Source: Bacteroidota bacterium (GTDB taxonomy: Bacteria > Bacteroidota > Ignavibacteria > UBA10030 > UBA8401). From it: a stretch of DNA of 64,000 bases. Positions 49,492 through 59,935 of this stretch are shown here, piece after piece. How positions within the stretch are numbered: position 1 is the stretch's first letter; each line of letters starts with the position of its first letter. Below the pieces are notes generated by a model. The model saw only the letters and a program-made list of their open reading frames with translations. It was not told where the DNA came from and did not search any database. A program made the position numbers and the translations under genes. The DNA is taken from contig JBAYIS010000002.1 in assembly GCA_041665525.1 (NCBI GenBank), positions 80,040 to 144,039 on the forward strand. The letters run 5' to 3'.

Positions 49492-50748
49492 TTATGAAGA
49501 AAACTTTTTGAAAGCAAGAGTAGCATTATGTCCGCCGAAACCGAACGCATTGCAAATTGCTGCGTTCACCCTCTTTTTGATGGCGTTGTTCGGCACGTAG
49601 TTCAAATCGCATTCGGGATCTGGTGTTTCGTAGTTGATCGTCGGATGCACTTCGTCCGTCACAACGCTCATCACCGTGGCAATTGCCCCGATAACGCCGG
49701 CGGCGCCGAGCAAATGGCCGATCATAGATTTCGTTGAGTTTACAACAAGCTTTTGCGCATGATCGCCGAAAACAGTTTTGATCGCGTTCGTTTCGTACTT
49801 GTCGTTATAATATGTGGACGTTCCGTGCGCGTTTACATAATCAATATCGGTCGGGTTCAACCCCGCATCTGCCAGCGCCATTTTGATTGACCGCTGCGCT
49901 CCTTCGCCGCCCGGCGCCGGTTCAGTGATATGGTGTGCATCGCCGGTAAATCCCATTCCGGCAAGCTCTGCGTAAATCTTTGCACCGCGTGCTTTTGCAT
50001 GTTCCAATTCTTCCAAAATCAGTACGCCGCCCCCTTCGCCCATGACGAACCCGTCACGGTGTTTTTCAAATGGACGGCTCGCTTTTTCCGGAGCGTCGTT
50101 CCTCGTAGACAATGCTTTCAGCGCATTGAACCCTCCAATACCCATTTCACAGATTCCTGCTTCCGATCCTCCGGCAACCATCACATCTACAACGCCGCGC
50201 TGGATAAGCATCATTGAATCGCCAATGGCATGCGACGCAGTTGCACACGCAGAAACGGTTGCATAGTTCGGGCCTTTCAGTCCGTACTTAATCGAAATTC
50301 TACCCGCCGCGATATCCGGAATCATCATTGGAATAAAGAACGGGCTGATGCGGTGCGGGCCTTTGGCTTCGAACAAGTTTTGCGTTTGTGTCTGAAACGT
50401 TTTGAATCCGCCGATACCGGAGCCAAACACAACACCAACCCGCTCTTTGTTCACAGTTTCAAAATTGAGCGCAGAGTCCTTGATCGCCTCTTCGGAAGCA
50501 GCCAGCGCATATTGGGTGTATTGATCAACGCGCTGCGCCAATTTTCGGTCCATATAATTGTGCGGATCGAATCCCTTCAACTCACCGGCGAATTTGGTAT
50601 CATATTGCGTTGTATCAAAATACGTGATGTTCGCAATGCCGCTTTTTCCGGCTAATGCATTTGCCCAAAATTCTTTTACAGTAAGGCCGATGGGAGTAAC
50701 GGCGCCCATTCCGGTAACGACAACGCGGCGCATTTGACGTAATGCCAT
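49492..50748 (-). CDS. fabF: 3-oxoacyl-[acyl-carrier-protein] synthase II
   Basis: KAS II active-site Cys context (ATVSACATASHAIGD) and His-His motifs. 418 aa. Confidence 0.95.
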   Translation of the reverse strand: MALRQMRRVVVTGMGAVTPIGLTVKEFWANALAGKSGIANITYFDTTQYDTKFAGELKGFDPHNYMDRKLAQRVDQYTQYALAASEEAIKDSALNFETVNKERVGVVFGSGIGGFKTFQTQTQNLFEAKGPHRISPFFIPMMIPDIAAGRISIKYGLKGPNYATVSACATASHAIGDSMMLIQRGVVDVMVAGGSEAGICEMGIGGFNALKALSTRNDAPEKASRPFEKHRDGFVMGEGGGVLILEELEHAKARGAKIYAELAGMGFTGDAHHITEPAPGGEGAQRSIKMALADAGLNPTDIDYVNAHGTSTYYNDKYETNAIKTVFGDHAQKLVVNSTKSMIGHLLGAAGVIGAIATVMSVVTDEVHPTINYETPDPECDLNYVPNNAIKKRVNAAICNAFGFGGHNATLAFKKFSS

Positions 50749-50851
50749 GACAAAATCCTATCTATTGATGACAAAATCCTATAAACAAAAAACCACATCG
50801 TCACAATAAATGTTGTGCATACAGCGACGGTGTGGTTCTATAATGATGATC

Positions 50852-51085
50852 TTACTTTTTGGAAGAGATGTAGGTGATCGCATCACCAACGGTGCCGATC
50901 TTCTCTGCATCTTCGTCCGGAATGCTCAGACCAAAGGTCTTTTCGAATTCCATCACCAGTTCAACCGTATCGAGCGAATCCGCGCCGAGGTCGTTGGTGA
51001 ACGATGCTGTTTCGGTCACTTGTGCTGCATCAACGCCAAGTTTGTTGACGATGATTTCTTTTACTTTTGCTGCTACATCTGACAT
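50852..51085 (-). CDS. acpP: acyl carrier protein
   Basis: Phosphopantetheine-attachment motif [16 protein letters not shown]. 77 aa. Confidence 0.95.
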   Translation of the reverse strand: MSDVAAKVKEIIVNKLGVDAAQVTETASFTNDLGADSLDTVELVMEFEKTFGLSIPDEDAEKIGTVGDAITYISSKK

Positions 51086-51212
51086 GGTGTTTCTCCTTAT
51101 TGGTTAACTGAAAAATGATACGTTATTATCGAAAAAATAGTCTATTGATTCATAGGAACATTGAATCATTGAACCAATCATACAATGATGCAATTCACAG
51201 GTTTTTCCCTTG

Positions 51213-51965
51213 TTACATGGCCATCCCGCCGTCAACATTAATCGTCTGGCCGGTGATGTAGTTAGAGTCAGACGAAGCCAGGAAACAGACCACCGACGCA
51301 ATTTCTTCCGGTTTGGCGATTCGTTTCTGCGGAATGACGGTCAAGATACCTTCTTTTTGCTTTTCATTCAACTTTTCGGTCATATCTGTTTCAATGAATC
51401 CCGGAGCAATGCAATTCGCTTGAATATTGCGAGAAGCCAGCTCTTTAGCAACAGATTTCGTAAATCCGATGACCCCTGCTTTGGATGCAACATAATTTGC
51501 CTGTCCTGCATTGCCGATAACCCCTACAATGGACGCAATATTGACGATTTTGCCCGATTGCTGACTCATCATTTGACGGCACACAGCTTTGGTAAAATTG
51601 AAAACGCCTTTCAGGTTTGTATCGATAACGACATCCCAATCCTGTTCGCTCATCCTCATCAACAGACCGTCTTTTGTTACTCCTGCATTATTCACAAGAA
51701 TATCAATCCGGCCGAAATCTTTGATCACATTTTGCACAACTTCGTTCGCCTGCGTTGTATTCGCGGCATCGGACTGATACGCTGCCGCTTTGCGTCCTTT
51801 GGATTGTAGTTCCGCTACAAGCGCATTTGCTTCATCTACTTTACTGCGATACGTGAAAGCGACATCCGCGCCGGAGTTTGCAAGGTGAAGGACAATGGAA
51901 CGGCCGATACCGCGAGAGCCGCCGGTAACCAATGCCACTTTGCTCGTAAGGTTATAATTTGTCAT
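51213..51965 (-). CDS. fabG: 3-oxoacyl-[acyl-carrier-protein] reductase
   Basis: SDR motifs [15 protein letters not shown], and the Y-x3-K catalytic dyad (YVASKAG). Confidence 0.95.
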   Translation of the reverse strand: MTNYNLTSKVALVTGGSRGIGRSIVLHLANSGADVAFTYRSKVDEANALVAELQSKGRKAAAYQSDAANTTQANEVVQNVIKDFGRIDILVNNAGVTKDGLLMRMSEQDWDVVIDTNLKGVFNFTKAVCRQMMSQQSGKIVNIASIVGVIGNAGQANYVASKAGVIGFTKSVAKELASRNIQANCIAPGFIETDMTEKLNEKQKEGILTVIPQKRIAKPEEIASVVCFLASSDSNYITGQTINVDGGMAM

Positions 51966-52016
51966 AGATAAATAAAGATATAAATGTCATTCCGGCGTAC
52001 GCCGGAATCCAGAACA

Positions 52017-52298
52017 TCATAATTCAAAAGCCAAATCTTTCCATTGAGGATTGAAAGATTCTATCAAATCCAATTTCCAACTACGTCTCCACCACTTCAA
52101 CTGCTTCTCTCTTGCTATCGCATCTCTAGGATCAGCATATTCTTCAAAATATACCAACATGTGTACTTTGTATTTCTGTGTAAATCCAGGAATTAGTCCT
52201 TGTTTATGTTCATCCACCCGCCGCCGCAAATCATTTGTCATCCCAATATATAGTGTACCATTTCGTTGACTTGCTAAAATATACACATGATATTTCAT
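52017..52298 (-). CDS. GIY-YIG nuclease family protein (small, stand-alone)
   Basis: MKYHVYILASQRNGTLYIGMTNDLRRRVDEH... fits the GIY-x(10)-YIG motif with the conserved Arg and Glu. 93 aa. It is inserted between fabG and the upstream gene. Confidence 0.85.
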   Translation of the reverse strand: MKYHVYILASQRNGTLYIGMTNDLRRRVDEHKQGLIPGFTQKYKVHMLVYFEEYADPRDAIAREKQLKWWRRSWKLDLIESFNPQWKDLAFEL

Positions 52299-52333
52299 TC
52301 CTGGATGCCAGCGTTCGCTGGCATGACAACGTT

Positions 52334-52399
52334 TTATAATTCAACATTAAATCTACCAGTAACTAACGCCACTTTACCGGTAAGATTATAGTTTGTCAT
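52334..52399 (-). pseudogene. duplicated 5' fragment of fabG (22 codons, MTNYNLTGKVALVTG then stop)
   Basis: 52361-52399 matches 51927-51965 (the real fabG start and upstream) at about 80% identity. Its ATG overlaps the TGA of the upstream gene (ATGA), and it is truncated after 21 aa. Confidence 0.5.
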
Positions 52400-52971
52400 T
52401 TTGATAATTTCGAAATTTTAAGATCGTGCAATTGTTTGTATCCTTCTTTCCCCAACACAAACTCCAACTCCGCTTTGCATGAATCGACCAATGTTGTATC
52501 GGTATCGCTGACAATGGTGCAACATTGCGTTTTTCCATGCTGGTAATCGTCATAGGTCAACACACCATTATCCACCGAAATGGGGAATGCAATGCAATAG
52601 AACGGCTTAATCTTCCACGGATCGTTATATTTTTCCGTGCTCACTACCTGTACGCTGCAACGTCCGTCCTTGCGCAGGAAAACGCATTTGTCGTTGAAGA
52701 CTTCCGTGCCGACGGCAAAACCGGAGGGGAAATCGATATCCTCTTCACGCCTGTTATCAAACCAGACAGCATCATTGGTTGTCTGCGTTTCGTCCATCGC
52801 CAGTTTCACTTCATCCTTGTGCTGTAGAATCACATCGCGGTCTGCTGGATCCAGAAACACGCCGGAGGAACAGCAGGTAGTTTCACATTGATACGGCCCG
52901 CATCCTTTGGTGAATCCTTTTTCGAAGAGGACGGGGTCAATCGTATATTTTCCGATAACTAGTTCAGGCAT
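52396..52971 (-). CDS. conserved Cys-rich hypothetical protein (DUF3109-like)
   Basis: 191 aa with several conserved-looking Cys pairs (CGPYQCETTCC, CVFLRKDGRC, CC). Family assignment is tentative. Confidence 0.5.
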   Translation of the reverse strand: MPELVIGKYTIDPVLFEKGFTKGCGPYQCETTCCSSGVFLDPADRDVILQHKDEVKLAMDETQTTNDAVWFDNRREEDIDFPSGFAVGTEVFNDKCVFLRKDGRCSVQVVSTEKYNDPWKIKPFYCIAFPISVDNGVLTYDDYQHGKTQCCTIVSDTDTTLVDSCKAELEFVLGKEGYKQLHDLKISKLSK

Positions 52972-53050
52972 TTTTTTTGGGAGTATCTATTCTCATTGCA
53001 AATAGTCCCAGCAGGTTGGGACGATGGAGCAATGACTCAATATTTAAAAA

Positions 53051-53956
53051 TTATTTTTTAATATCTGTTGCTTTATCGATTCCTGCAGTTTCAGCAGCTG
53101 CGATCGTTCGTTTCACCAGACCCTGGAGCACCTTGCCCGGTCCGACCTCGATGAATTTCACCGCACCGGCGGCAGACATATTCATCACTGATTCTTCCCA
53201 GCGGACCGGACTGGTCACCTGTTCAAACAGGAGTCTCCGTATCTCATCCGCAGACTGCACCGTTTTCGCCGTTACATTGGCAAAGATCGGAATTTTTGCG
53301 TCGCGCACAACCGTATTCTCCAATGCAGTTTTCAGAGCGTCTTTGGCGCTTTGCATCAACGGAGAATGGAATGCACCGCTCACCACAAGTTCTTTCACTA
53401 ATTTTGCACCGCGTTCTTTTGCAATTTCCATTGCTTTCCGCACTCCGCCCACAGAACCGGATATGACGATTTGTCCGGGTGAATTGAAGTTCGCCGGTTG
53501 AACTATCCCAGCCGCCGAAGCGATTGTGCAGAGTTCCGTCACAACCGCGGGATCAAGTCCAACAATTGCTGCCATCGTACCCGGATTCTCTTCTCCCGCT
53601 TTCTGCATCAACTCACCGCGCAAGCGGACGAGTTTGATCGCATCGGTGAACGAAAGTGCTTCCGCTGCAACTAACGCCGAGTATTCGCCCAACGAGTGTC
53701 CTGCAACCATGGATGCATCGGTCGGCTTCAGCACATTCCACAGTGCGACACTATGCAGGAAGATAGCGGGTTGCGTGTTCCGTGTCTGCTTCAGTTCTTC
53801 ATCCGGTCCGTTGAAACAGATATTCGAAAGAGAAAATCCTAACACACTATCTGCTTCATCAAAAATTCTTTTCGCTTCCGGAAACTGTTCGCACAGATCT
53901 TTTCCCATCCCCACATACTGCGAACCTTGTCCCGGAAAAATGTATGCTATGCTCAT
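53051..53956 (-). CDS. fabD: malonyl CoA-acyl carrier protein transacylase
   Basis: N-terminus IFPGQGSQYVGMG and active-site GHSLGEYSA. Confidence 0.95.
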   Translation of the reverse strand: MSIAYIFPGQGSQYVGMGKDLCEQFPEAKRIFDEADSVLGFSLSNICFNGPDEELKQTRNTQPAIFLHSVALWNVLKPTDASMVAGHSLGEYSALVAAEALSFTDAIKLVRLRGELMQKAGEENPGTMAAIVGLDPAVVTELCTIASAAGIVQPANFNSPGQIVISGSVGGVRKAMEIAKERGAKLVKELVVSGAFHSPLMQSAKDALKTALENTVVRDAKIPIFANVTAKTVQSADEIRRLLFEQVTSPVRWEESVMNMSAAGAVKFIEVGPGKVLQGLVKRTIAAAETAGIDKATDIKK

Positions 53957-54028
53957 AAAAAAAACTAATTGATAATTGATAATGCATAATTGAAAATGAA
54001 ATTATTCATTATCAATTATCCATTGCTC

Positions 54029-55021
54029 TTAATACGCCCACTTCACATACACTGCACCCCAGGTATATCCCGCGCCAAAACTTGCAAGGACGAGATTTTG
54101 TCCCTTCTTCACTTTTCCTTCGTGCCACCATTCGGAAAGGCACAGCGGAATTGTTGCCGCTGTGGTGTTTCCGTACTTATTGATATTAATCATCACTTTG
54201 GACTTATCGAGTCCCATCCGGTCCGCCGTTGCGTCGATGATGCGGAGATTCGCTTGATGCGGAACAAGCCAGTCAACATCCGATCCTTTCAAATTATTAC
54301 GCGTCAGGATCTCCGCAGACACATCGGCCATTCCCATCACCGCCACTTTGAATACTGCTTTACCGTCCTGTACCAGATAGTGCATTTTCTGATCGATCGA
54401 TTCATGCGAAGGAGGATTCAGGCTTCCGCCCCCCTTCATGTACAAATACTGCCCGCCGCTGCCATCCGAATACAGTTTATGGTCGATCACTCCAAGCGCA
54501 GGATCGCTGCTTGGCTCCAGCAGCACTGCGCCGGCGCCGTCGCCAAATAGGATAGCAGTATTGCGGTCGGTATAATCCATAATGGAACTCATCTTATCAG
54601 CTCCGACCACCAACACTTTTTTATATGCGCCGGTTTCAACCAGCTGCGTTCCGACGGATAATGCATAGACAAATCCGGAGCAGGCCGCAGAGATATCGAA
54701 TCCCCATGCTTTTTTCGCGCCGATCTTTTCCTGCAGCACGCATGCGGTAGCGGGAAAGAACATATCCGGCGTTACGGTGGCGAAGATAATCACATCTATT
54801 TCGTCTGCCGTAATACCGCGATTCTTTAGTACCATTTGTACGGCAGGAATTGCGAGATCGGAGGTTGCGCCCCCCTCAAACACGCGACGTTCGCTGATGC
54901 CGGTCCGAGTACGGATCCATTCATCGTTCGTATCGACCATTTTTTCAAGATCAAAATTTGATAAAACTTTGGGCGGAACATAGTGACCGACCGATGTAAT
55001 TGCTGCTCTTATCTTATTCAT
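54029..55021 (-). CDS. fabH: 3-oxoacyl-[acyl-carrier-protein] synthase III
   Basis: KAS III motifs: active Cys in AACSGFVYAL, C-terminal GAGYTWGA. Confidence 0.95.
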   Translation of the reverse strand: MNKIRAAITSVGHYVPPKVLSNFDLEKMVDTNDEWIRTRTGISERRVFEGGATSDLAIPAVQMVLKNRGITADEIDVIIFATVTPDMFFPATACVLQEKIGAKKAWGFDISAACSGFVYALSVGTQLVETGAYKKVLVVGADKMSSIMDYTDRNTAILFGDGAGAVLLEPSSDPALGVIDHKLYSDGSGGQYLYMKGGGSLNPPSHESIDQKMHYLVQDGKAVFKVAVMGMADVSAEILTRNNLKGSDVDWLVPHQANLRIIDATADRMGLDKSKVMININKYGNTTAATIPLCLSEWWHEGKVKKGQNLVLASFGAGYTWGAVYVKWAY

Positions 55022-56040
55022 TGTCCCTGTAATTTCTCTTGTATATGTTGGTTGATTCTGTATTGCACCACTTCTTCAGCACGGAAGAGCATATTCTTGA
55101 TCGCTTTGGGCGGTGAACCGCCGTGACCGATAATCGTTACGCCGTTAACACCGAGCAGCGGAATGCCGCCGTGTTCCGTATAATCCATATCCTTGAAAAT
55201 TTCCTTGAGCGAACCCCGAAGGATCCCGATCATCAATGTGTTGAAAATATTTTTCACCGCGAACTTTTTAAATTGGAACTTCAGATATCCTGGAATGCTT
55301 TCGGCGAATTTCAGCAGCACATTCCCCACGAATCCGTCACAGACGACAACATCAGCATGTCCCTTCAAGATATCCCGCCCTTCAATGTTGCCGATAAAAT
55401 TGAATTTGTCTTTTCGTTCGGAAATATACTTGAACGATTCTTTCGCGAGTTCGTTCCCCTTCGTCTCCTCTTCGCCGATGTTCAGCAATCCAACGCGCGG
55501 GTTCTTCTTCTTAAACATGTACTCGGAATAGATACTTCCCATCACGCCGAACTCGAACAGAAATTGCGGCCGGCAGTCCGATACGGCGCCCGCATCAACA
55601 ATAAGCGTCGGCCCCTGTTCGCTCGGAAAGATTGCAGCAACGGTCGGACGACTGACTCCAGGGATCCGGCCAAGAATAAGCGTTGATGCTGCTGTAACAG
55701 CGCCGGTATTACCCGGTGAAACGAATCCATCGACTGCACCCTCTTTGTGCATGGTGATCCCTTTCACCAATGAGGAGTTCGGCTTCGTTTTAATCGCCAC
55801 AACCGGCGAATCATGCATATCAATCACATCGGGAGCATGGACGATGGAATAATCCAATCCTGCCGCATTGTTCTTGCGCAGAACGGCATTAATCCGTTCC
55901 TCATCGCCGACCAGCACAACGTGGAATCGGTTATTGCATTGTCGCAGGCAGTCGATTGCGCCGAGAACTTCGTTCTCCGGTGCAAAATCGCCTCCCATGG
56001 CGTCCAGGGCAATGCGGATTTTTTTAACAGGTTGAGTCAA
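55018..56040 (-). CDS. plsX: phosphate acyltransferase PlsX
   Basis: PlsX signature (IALDAMGGDFAP...) and a 4-nt overlap with fabH. Confidence 0.95.
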   Translation of the reverse strand: MTQPVKKIRIALDAMGGDFAPENEVLGAIDCLRQCNNRFHVVLVGDEERINAVLRKNNAAGLDYSIVHAPDVIDMHDSPVVAIKTKPNSSLVKGITMHKEGAVDGFVSPGNTGAVTAASTLILGRIPGVSRPTVAAIFPSEQGPTLIVDAGAVSDCRPQFLFEFGVMGSIYSEYMFKKKNPRVGLLNIGEEETKGNELAKESFKYISERKDKFNFIGNIEGRDILKGHADVVVCDGFVGNVLLKFAESIPGYLKFQFKKFAVKNIFNTLMIGILRGSLKEIFKDMDYTEHGGIPLLGVNGVTIIGHGGSPPKAIKNMLFRAEEVVQYRINQHIQEKLQGQ

Positions 56041-56124
56041 TTCGATCGCGGCGGTTATGAATGGAAATGTACAAAAAAGCCACTGCAGAACATTCGGCAG
56101 TGGCTGATGGTAATTCCAACATTC

Positions 56125-56316
56125 TTATGCTTGTTTCTTTTCTTTGATCACGCGGCCGTTGTACATCAGTTTTCCTTCCGATGTCCAGACTGCGCGATGG
56201 CTCAAATGGGCTTCGCCCGATGCTTTATCGATCGCAACGGTCGGCTTTTCCGCTTTATAATGTGTGCGACGCTTGCGTCCGCGTGTTTTGGAATGTCGTC
56301 GTTTTGGATTTGGCAT
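56125..56316 (-). CDS. rpmF: 50S ribosomal protein L32
   Basis: [21 protein letters not shown] is the bL32 signature. Start moved to the internal Met at 56316. Confidence 0.85.
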   Translation of the reverse strand: MPNPKRRHSKTRGRKRRTHYKAEKPTVAIDKASGEAHLSHRAVWTSEGKLMYNGRVIKEKKQA

Positions 56317-56342
56317 TGCTTCGTTCCCTTCAGAATTATGTA

Positions 56343-56816
56343 TTAGTTTTTTTCTGTCTGTTTCAAAATTTTCAGCTTTTCCCAACGCGGATCGATTGTC
56401 TCTTTCTGTGCTGCCACGCTCTTCGGTATCTCGCAATTGTTCAGGCATAACAACTTCGCAGGAACGGATATCAGGAGATATTCCTTTACTGCAGAAGAGA
56501 GATCGATGATGTTCTCGTCGCCTCTTAGCACATGGAAATCATCATCCTCTTCGGTCTCTTCCGTCTGTTCCCATGAATAGACAACTGTGAATGATCTTTT
56601 CACATCGTCCGTAAACTCTTCGGCGCACCGGTCACAGATAAAAACGCCCTTGACAGAAGCATTCACCATCACCACAATTTGATGAATACTCTTCTCAAGG
56701 GTAATGTTCGCTGTGACGTTACCTATGAAATTCGGTCCTAACCCCAGTTCAGAAGCTGTAGCGACAAGATCGTACTGATGACTGCCCTCTGAAAGCCCCG
56801 ATATATTGATTTTCAT
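56343..56816 (-). CDS. yceD: YceD/DUF177 family protein (large ribosomal RNA accumulation protein)
   Basis: Conserved position upstream of rpmF-plsX. A C-x2-C...C-x3-C zinc-ribbon-like arrangement (CDRCAEEF ... CLNNCE). Confidence 0.75.
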   Translation of the reverse strand: MKINISGLSEGSHQYDLVATASELGLGPNFIGNVTANITLEKSIHQIVVMVNASVKGVFICDRCAEEFTDDVKRSFTVVYSWEQTEETEEDDDFHVLRGDENIIDLSSAVKEYLLISVPAKLLCLNNCEIPKSVAAQKETIDPRWEKLKILKQTEKN

Positions 56817-57075
56817 TCTGTTTCCCCGGCCATTTTCAGAGAGAATTGCCGTTTTTCTTCAAATTTTCAAAGAAAAGACAAAAAAGTCAGCACAAATATA
56901 GAAAGTTTGAGGGTGAGAGTCAAGAAATTGGTCATCGGGGTAGTGAATTGTCAAAAAGCCGCAATGGCTCTGCCGGTCGGCTTTATTAAGATTTGAAGTG
57001 AACATTTTGAGACAATTACGTACGCTTCATCCTAAATCCCTGCCGGATTCCTCAGCCAGAAATGATTCCCCGCGG

Positions 57076-57111
57076 TTTTAAAACAGCAACGCTCTCACAT
57101 GGAGAGCGTTG
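57076..57111 (-). terminator. rho-independent terminator after the DUF3276 gene
   Basis: Hairpin CAACGCTCTC-ACAT-GGAGAGCGTTG with a flanking T/A-rich tract. Confidence 0.55.
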
Positions 57112-57138
57112 TTGATAAGAAAAAGTGTCTCAACTGGA

Positions 57139-57534
57139 TTATGCCTGTTCCAGAGCGGGTTCGGCTGCCGGAACCTCGTCTGCAACAGGTGCAGTCAGAG
57201 GGAGCCCCTGTTTTCCCAGTTCATCGTGAACAAAATCAACGGCTTCTGCCAATGCATCAGCGAATTTCTCGAAATCTTCTTTATACAGGAAGATCTTGTG
57301 CTTCTTAAACTCGTCTTCTGCAATTTTTTTGCTCTCCGTGATCGTAATGTAAAAGTCTTTTTCGGATTTCGTCGCTTTTACATCGAAGAAGTAAGTGCGC
57401 TTTCCCGCACGTACACGTCTGCTAAATACCTCTTCTTTTTTTTCCGTCGATTGTGTAGTAGAAGTTTCCAAATCTACCCCTCCTGTATTTTGATGATTGA
57501 AAAAGTGTGCAGCACTTCTGCACATTGTAAACAC
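57139..57534 (-). CDS. DUF3276-family (PUR-like nucleic-acid-binding) protein
   Basis: Core FSRRVRAGKRTYFFDVKATKSEKDFYITITESKK...HKIFLYKEDFEKF matches the DUF3276 pattern. The true start may be an internal Met. Confidence 0.55.
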   Translation of the reverse strand: MFTMCRSAAHFFNHQNTGGVDLETSTTQSTEKKEEVFSRRVRAGKRTYFFDVKATKSEKDFYITITESKKIAEDEFKKHKIFLYKEDFEKFADALAEAVDFVHDELGKQGLPLTAPVADEVPAAEPALEQA

Positions 57535-57579
57535 ACATTCTGCCGATCCGTATCCAGGATACGGATCGGTCGAATCCTA

Positions 57580-59865
57580 TTATTGCTGGATTACTGCTAC
57601 TTTCGCCGTGGCAACCTGATCTCCTGCCCTGTTATGAGCAACGATGATGTAGATCCCGCTTGCCACCAATCTTCCTTCACCGTCGCGACAGTCCCAAAAT
57701 GCACGTCCACCCCCCTGGGAGGGGAACTGCCGGATCACGGAACCATTCAGACCGAGCACTTTGATTGTTGTTTCATCCACCAGTCCTCGTATCTCCACCG
57801 ATGAATGGTTGGGAAGATAAACCGGATTTGGTGAAAGGTCAATTGTCGTAAAACTATTTTTTGACGTCACCGCTGCAATCTCCAGACTGGAAAGGCCTTT
57901 ATCCGTACCGAAGTAGACGACGCCTTTTTTTCCGTCGATTGCGATAGAGAGAATATTGTTGTCCGCCAGCTGTCCGCCGGTATTCTCAACAGTATATTGA
58001 TGCAGGGACTGCGTTCCATCCGGCGACAAGACGAAAACGCCTCGCGAAGTCCCTATCCATTTATTGTTCAGCGGATCCACCGCGATGCAATTAATGAAAA
58101 GGTCACGAACGGACAGATCAAACACTTTAGTAATCCGTTGAGCGGGATTCAATGGTTCATTGATTATGGTAATTCCGACCCCGGTTCCCATCCAGATATT
58201 CCCTTCACGGTCGACAACGATATCTTGAATGCGCTGGTTCGTTACTCCGTCGCTTTCCGTCAGAGTACCCCAATCACCAGGTACGCCTCCGATGGACCGT
58301 TCTTCATTGTAATACACAATTGTTTGCGATTCAGTCCTGCTGATTAACGCATTGGTGAACCATTTTGTGTTGTTCTGATCGATGACAACTCCGAACATAA
58401 ATGCGTAATCTGCGGAAAACGGCGAACCAGGATAACTTTCCCATGTCGAATCCGGCCTCATTTTCCACAACACTTTATTGCGGTCCGCGGAATAGACGCC
58501 GGCCAACCAGACATTGCCTGAACGATCCATTGCGACTCTGGAGGGGACTGTATACGACGGTGGACCACCCGGCGTACGAACAACTCCCACCAAACCGGGA
58601 TCACTGTAATCAAAACGCCGTACCGGAACGCCGTCGGAATTCACAACAATAACGCCCTCGCCCCACGTGCTGATCCACTTCGAATTATTCGGGCCTAATG
58701 CAATCGCATAACAATCATAATTCAGCAACAGCGGTGTATTGGAGGGTGTATAATTCGTCCATTTGCTTCCGTCGAAACGGTAAAATCCCGAACCTGCAGC
58801 ATGCCCACCCGAAGCAGACCATAGTTCACCTTTCTCGTCGACGATGATTTGAAAGAACGTGTTAGAGTATGGGCCGTTGGGATAATAGGTTTGCCACTGC
58901 GAATGTTCGTCCATTGCGCCTATACCATCGAAAGGAAAACCGGCGAAGATCCTGCCTCCGGTTGTTACTGCGCCAGACGTGGCAGTTGTGGGTAATGATG
59001 AAGCAACAGTCGAGACTATGTTAGCCGTATTCAGAGAACGAACACTCGTGCCTTCGATGAACAGAAGAGAAGTATCGAGTGTTGCGATAATGGTGACGCC
59101 GGAGATCAATCCGCCGGTTACGCTCCAGGTATTGTTCAGATACTTCAGCATCCCGTTTGCGGAGGATGCATACAGGGTATCATTAAATTCTGATAAATTA
59201 TTTGCGGTGGTAACAGCTGGCAACGCCACGGTCCAGGAAGCAGGATCCGCAAGATTCACAGCACCGGCATTTGACGAAATGATACCGGCACTTGTCGTTA
59301 GAAAGACCCTGTTGTGATAGACGCGTACTGCCGTTACGTTCGGCAGGGAGACTGTAAGACCGAAACTTGTGAACGTATCAACAAATTCGAATTTGGAGAT
59401 GGAAAAGACTGTAACACCGAATGCTGTGGCAATATACAGCAGGTCACCGTGTTGATAGAACCGGTTAATAGTCTTGTGAATGTTTAGCGAGTTGGAAATG
59501 TCGGAGATATATCGCCACTGTTTCGTCTGCGGATCATACAGATCGATGTTTCCAGTCTGATGGCCGATCCATAAACGGTGGGAGGCATCAATAGTGATTG
59601 CCGTGACGTCGTTTGTTGAGAGGCCGTCGGAGTTGACGAATTTTTGGTAAGTAGAGTCTGCAGGATCAAAGCGGAACACTCCGCCGGAAGTGGCGGCCCA
59701 AATCGTTTCTCCGTCCGCCGCGATGGAACGGATCCGTTTCATATCGGTATAATTCTTCCACCCGCCCACGCCGGCCACACTATTCTGCGGAATGACACAG
59801 CAGTAAAAACCCATCACTATAACGAACAACCAACGACTCTTCATGAACTCGATTCCAGCACGCAT
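57580..59865 (-). CDS. two-component-regulator-propeller (Reg_prop) repeat protein with T9SS C-terminal sorting domain
   Basis: Signal peptide. Repeated W..T..G.. ~45-aa propeller blades (IWMGTGVGI, KWIGTSRGV). The C-terminal CTD ends in AKVAVIQQ. Confidence 0.75.
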   Translation of the reverse strand: MRAGIEFMKSRWLFVIVMGFYCCVIPQNSVAGVGGWKNYTDMKRIRSIAADGETIWAATSGGVFRFDPADSTYQKFVNSDGLSTNDVTAITIDASHRLWIGHQTGNIDLYDPQTKQWRYISDISNSLNIHKTINRFYQHGDLLYIATAFGVTVFSISKFEFVDTFTSFGLTVSLPNVTAVRVYHNRVFLTTSAGIISSNAGAVNLADPASWTVALPAVTTANNLSEFNDTLYASSANGMLKYLNNTWSVTGGLISGVTIIATLDTSLLFIEGTSVRSLNTANIVSTVASSLPTTATSGAVTTGGRIFAGFPFDGIGAMDEHSQWQTYYPNGPYSNTFFQIIVDEKGELWSASGGHAAGSGFYRFDGSKWTNYTPSNTPLLLNYDCYAIALGPNNSKWISTWGEGVIVVNSDGVPVRRFDYSDPGLVGVVRTPGGPPSYTVPSRVAMDRSGNVWLAGVYSADRNKVLWKMRPDSTWESYPGSPFSADYAFMFGVVIDQNNTKWFTNALISRTESQTIVYYNEERSIGGVPGDWGTLTESDGVTNQRIQDIVVDREGNIWMGTGVGITIINEPLNPAQRITKVFDLSVRDLFINCIAVDPLNNKWIGTSRGVFVLSPDGTQSLHQYTVENTGGQLADNNILSIAIDGKKGVVYFGTDKGLSSLEIAAVTSKNSFTTIDLSPNPVYLPNHSSVEIRGLVDETTIKVLGLNGSVIRQFPSQGGGRAFWDCRDGEGRLVASGIYIIVAHNRAGDQVATAKVAVIQQ

Positions 59866-59935
59866 ACGAAAGTCTCCTCAACAGTGAAAAATAAGTGAAC
59901 ACTGTAGCAAAGAGTCTTTCGCGCTTTCCTTTTGT

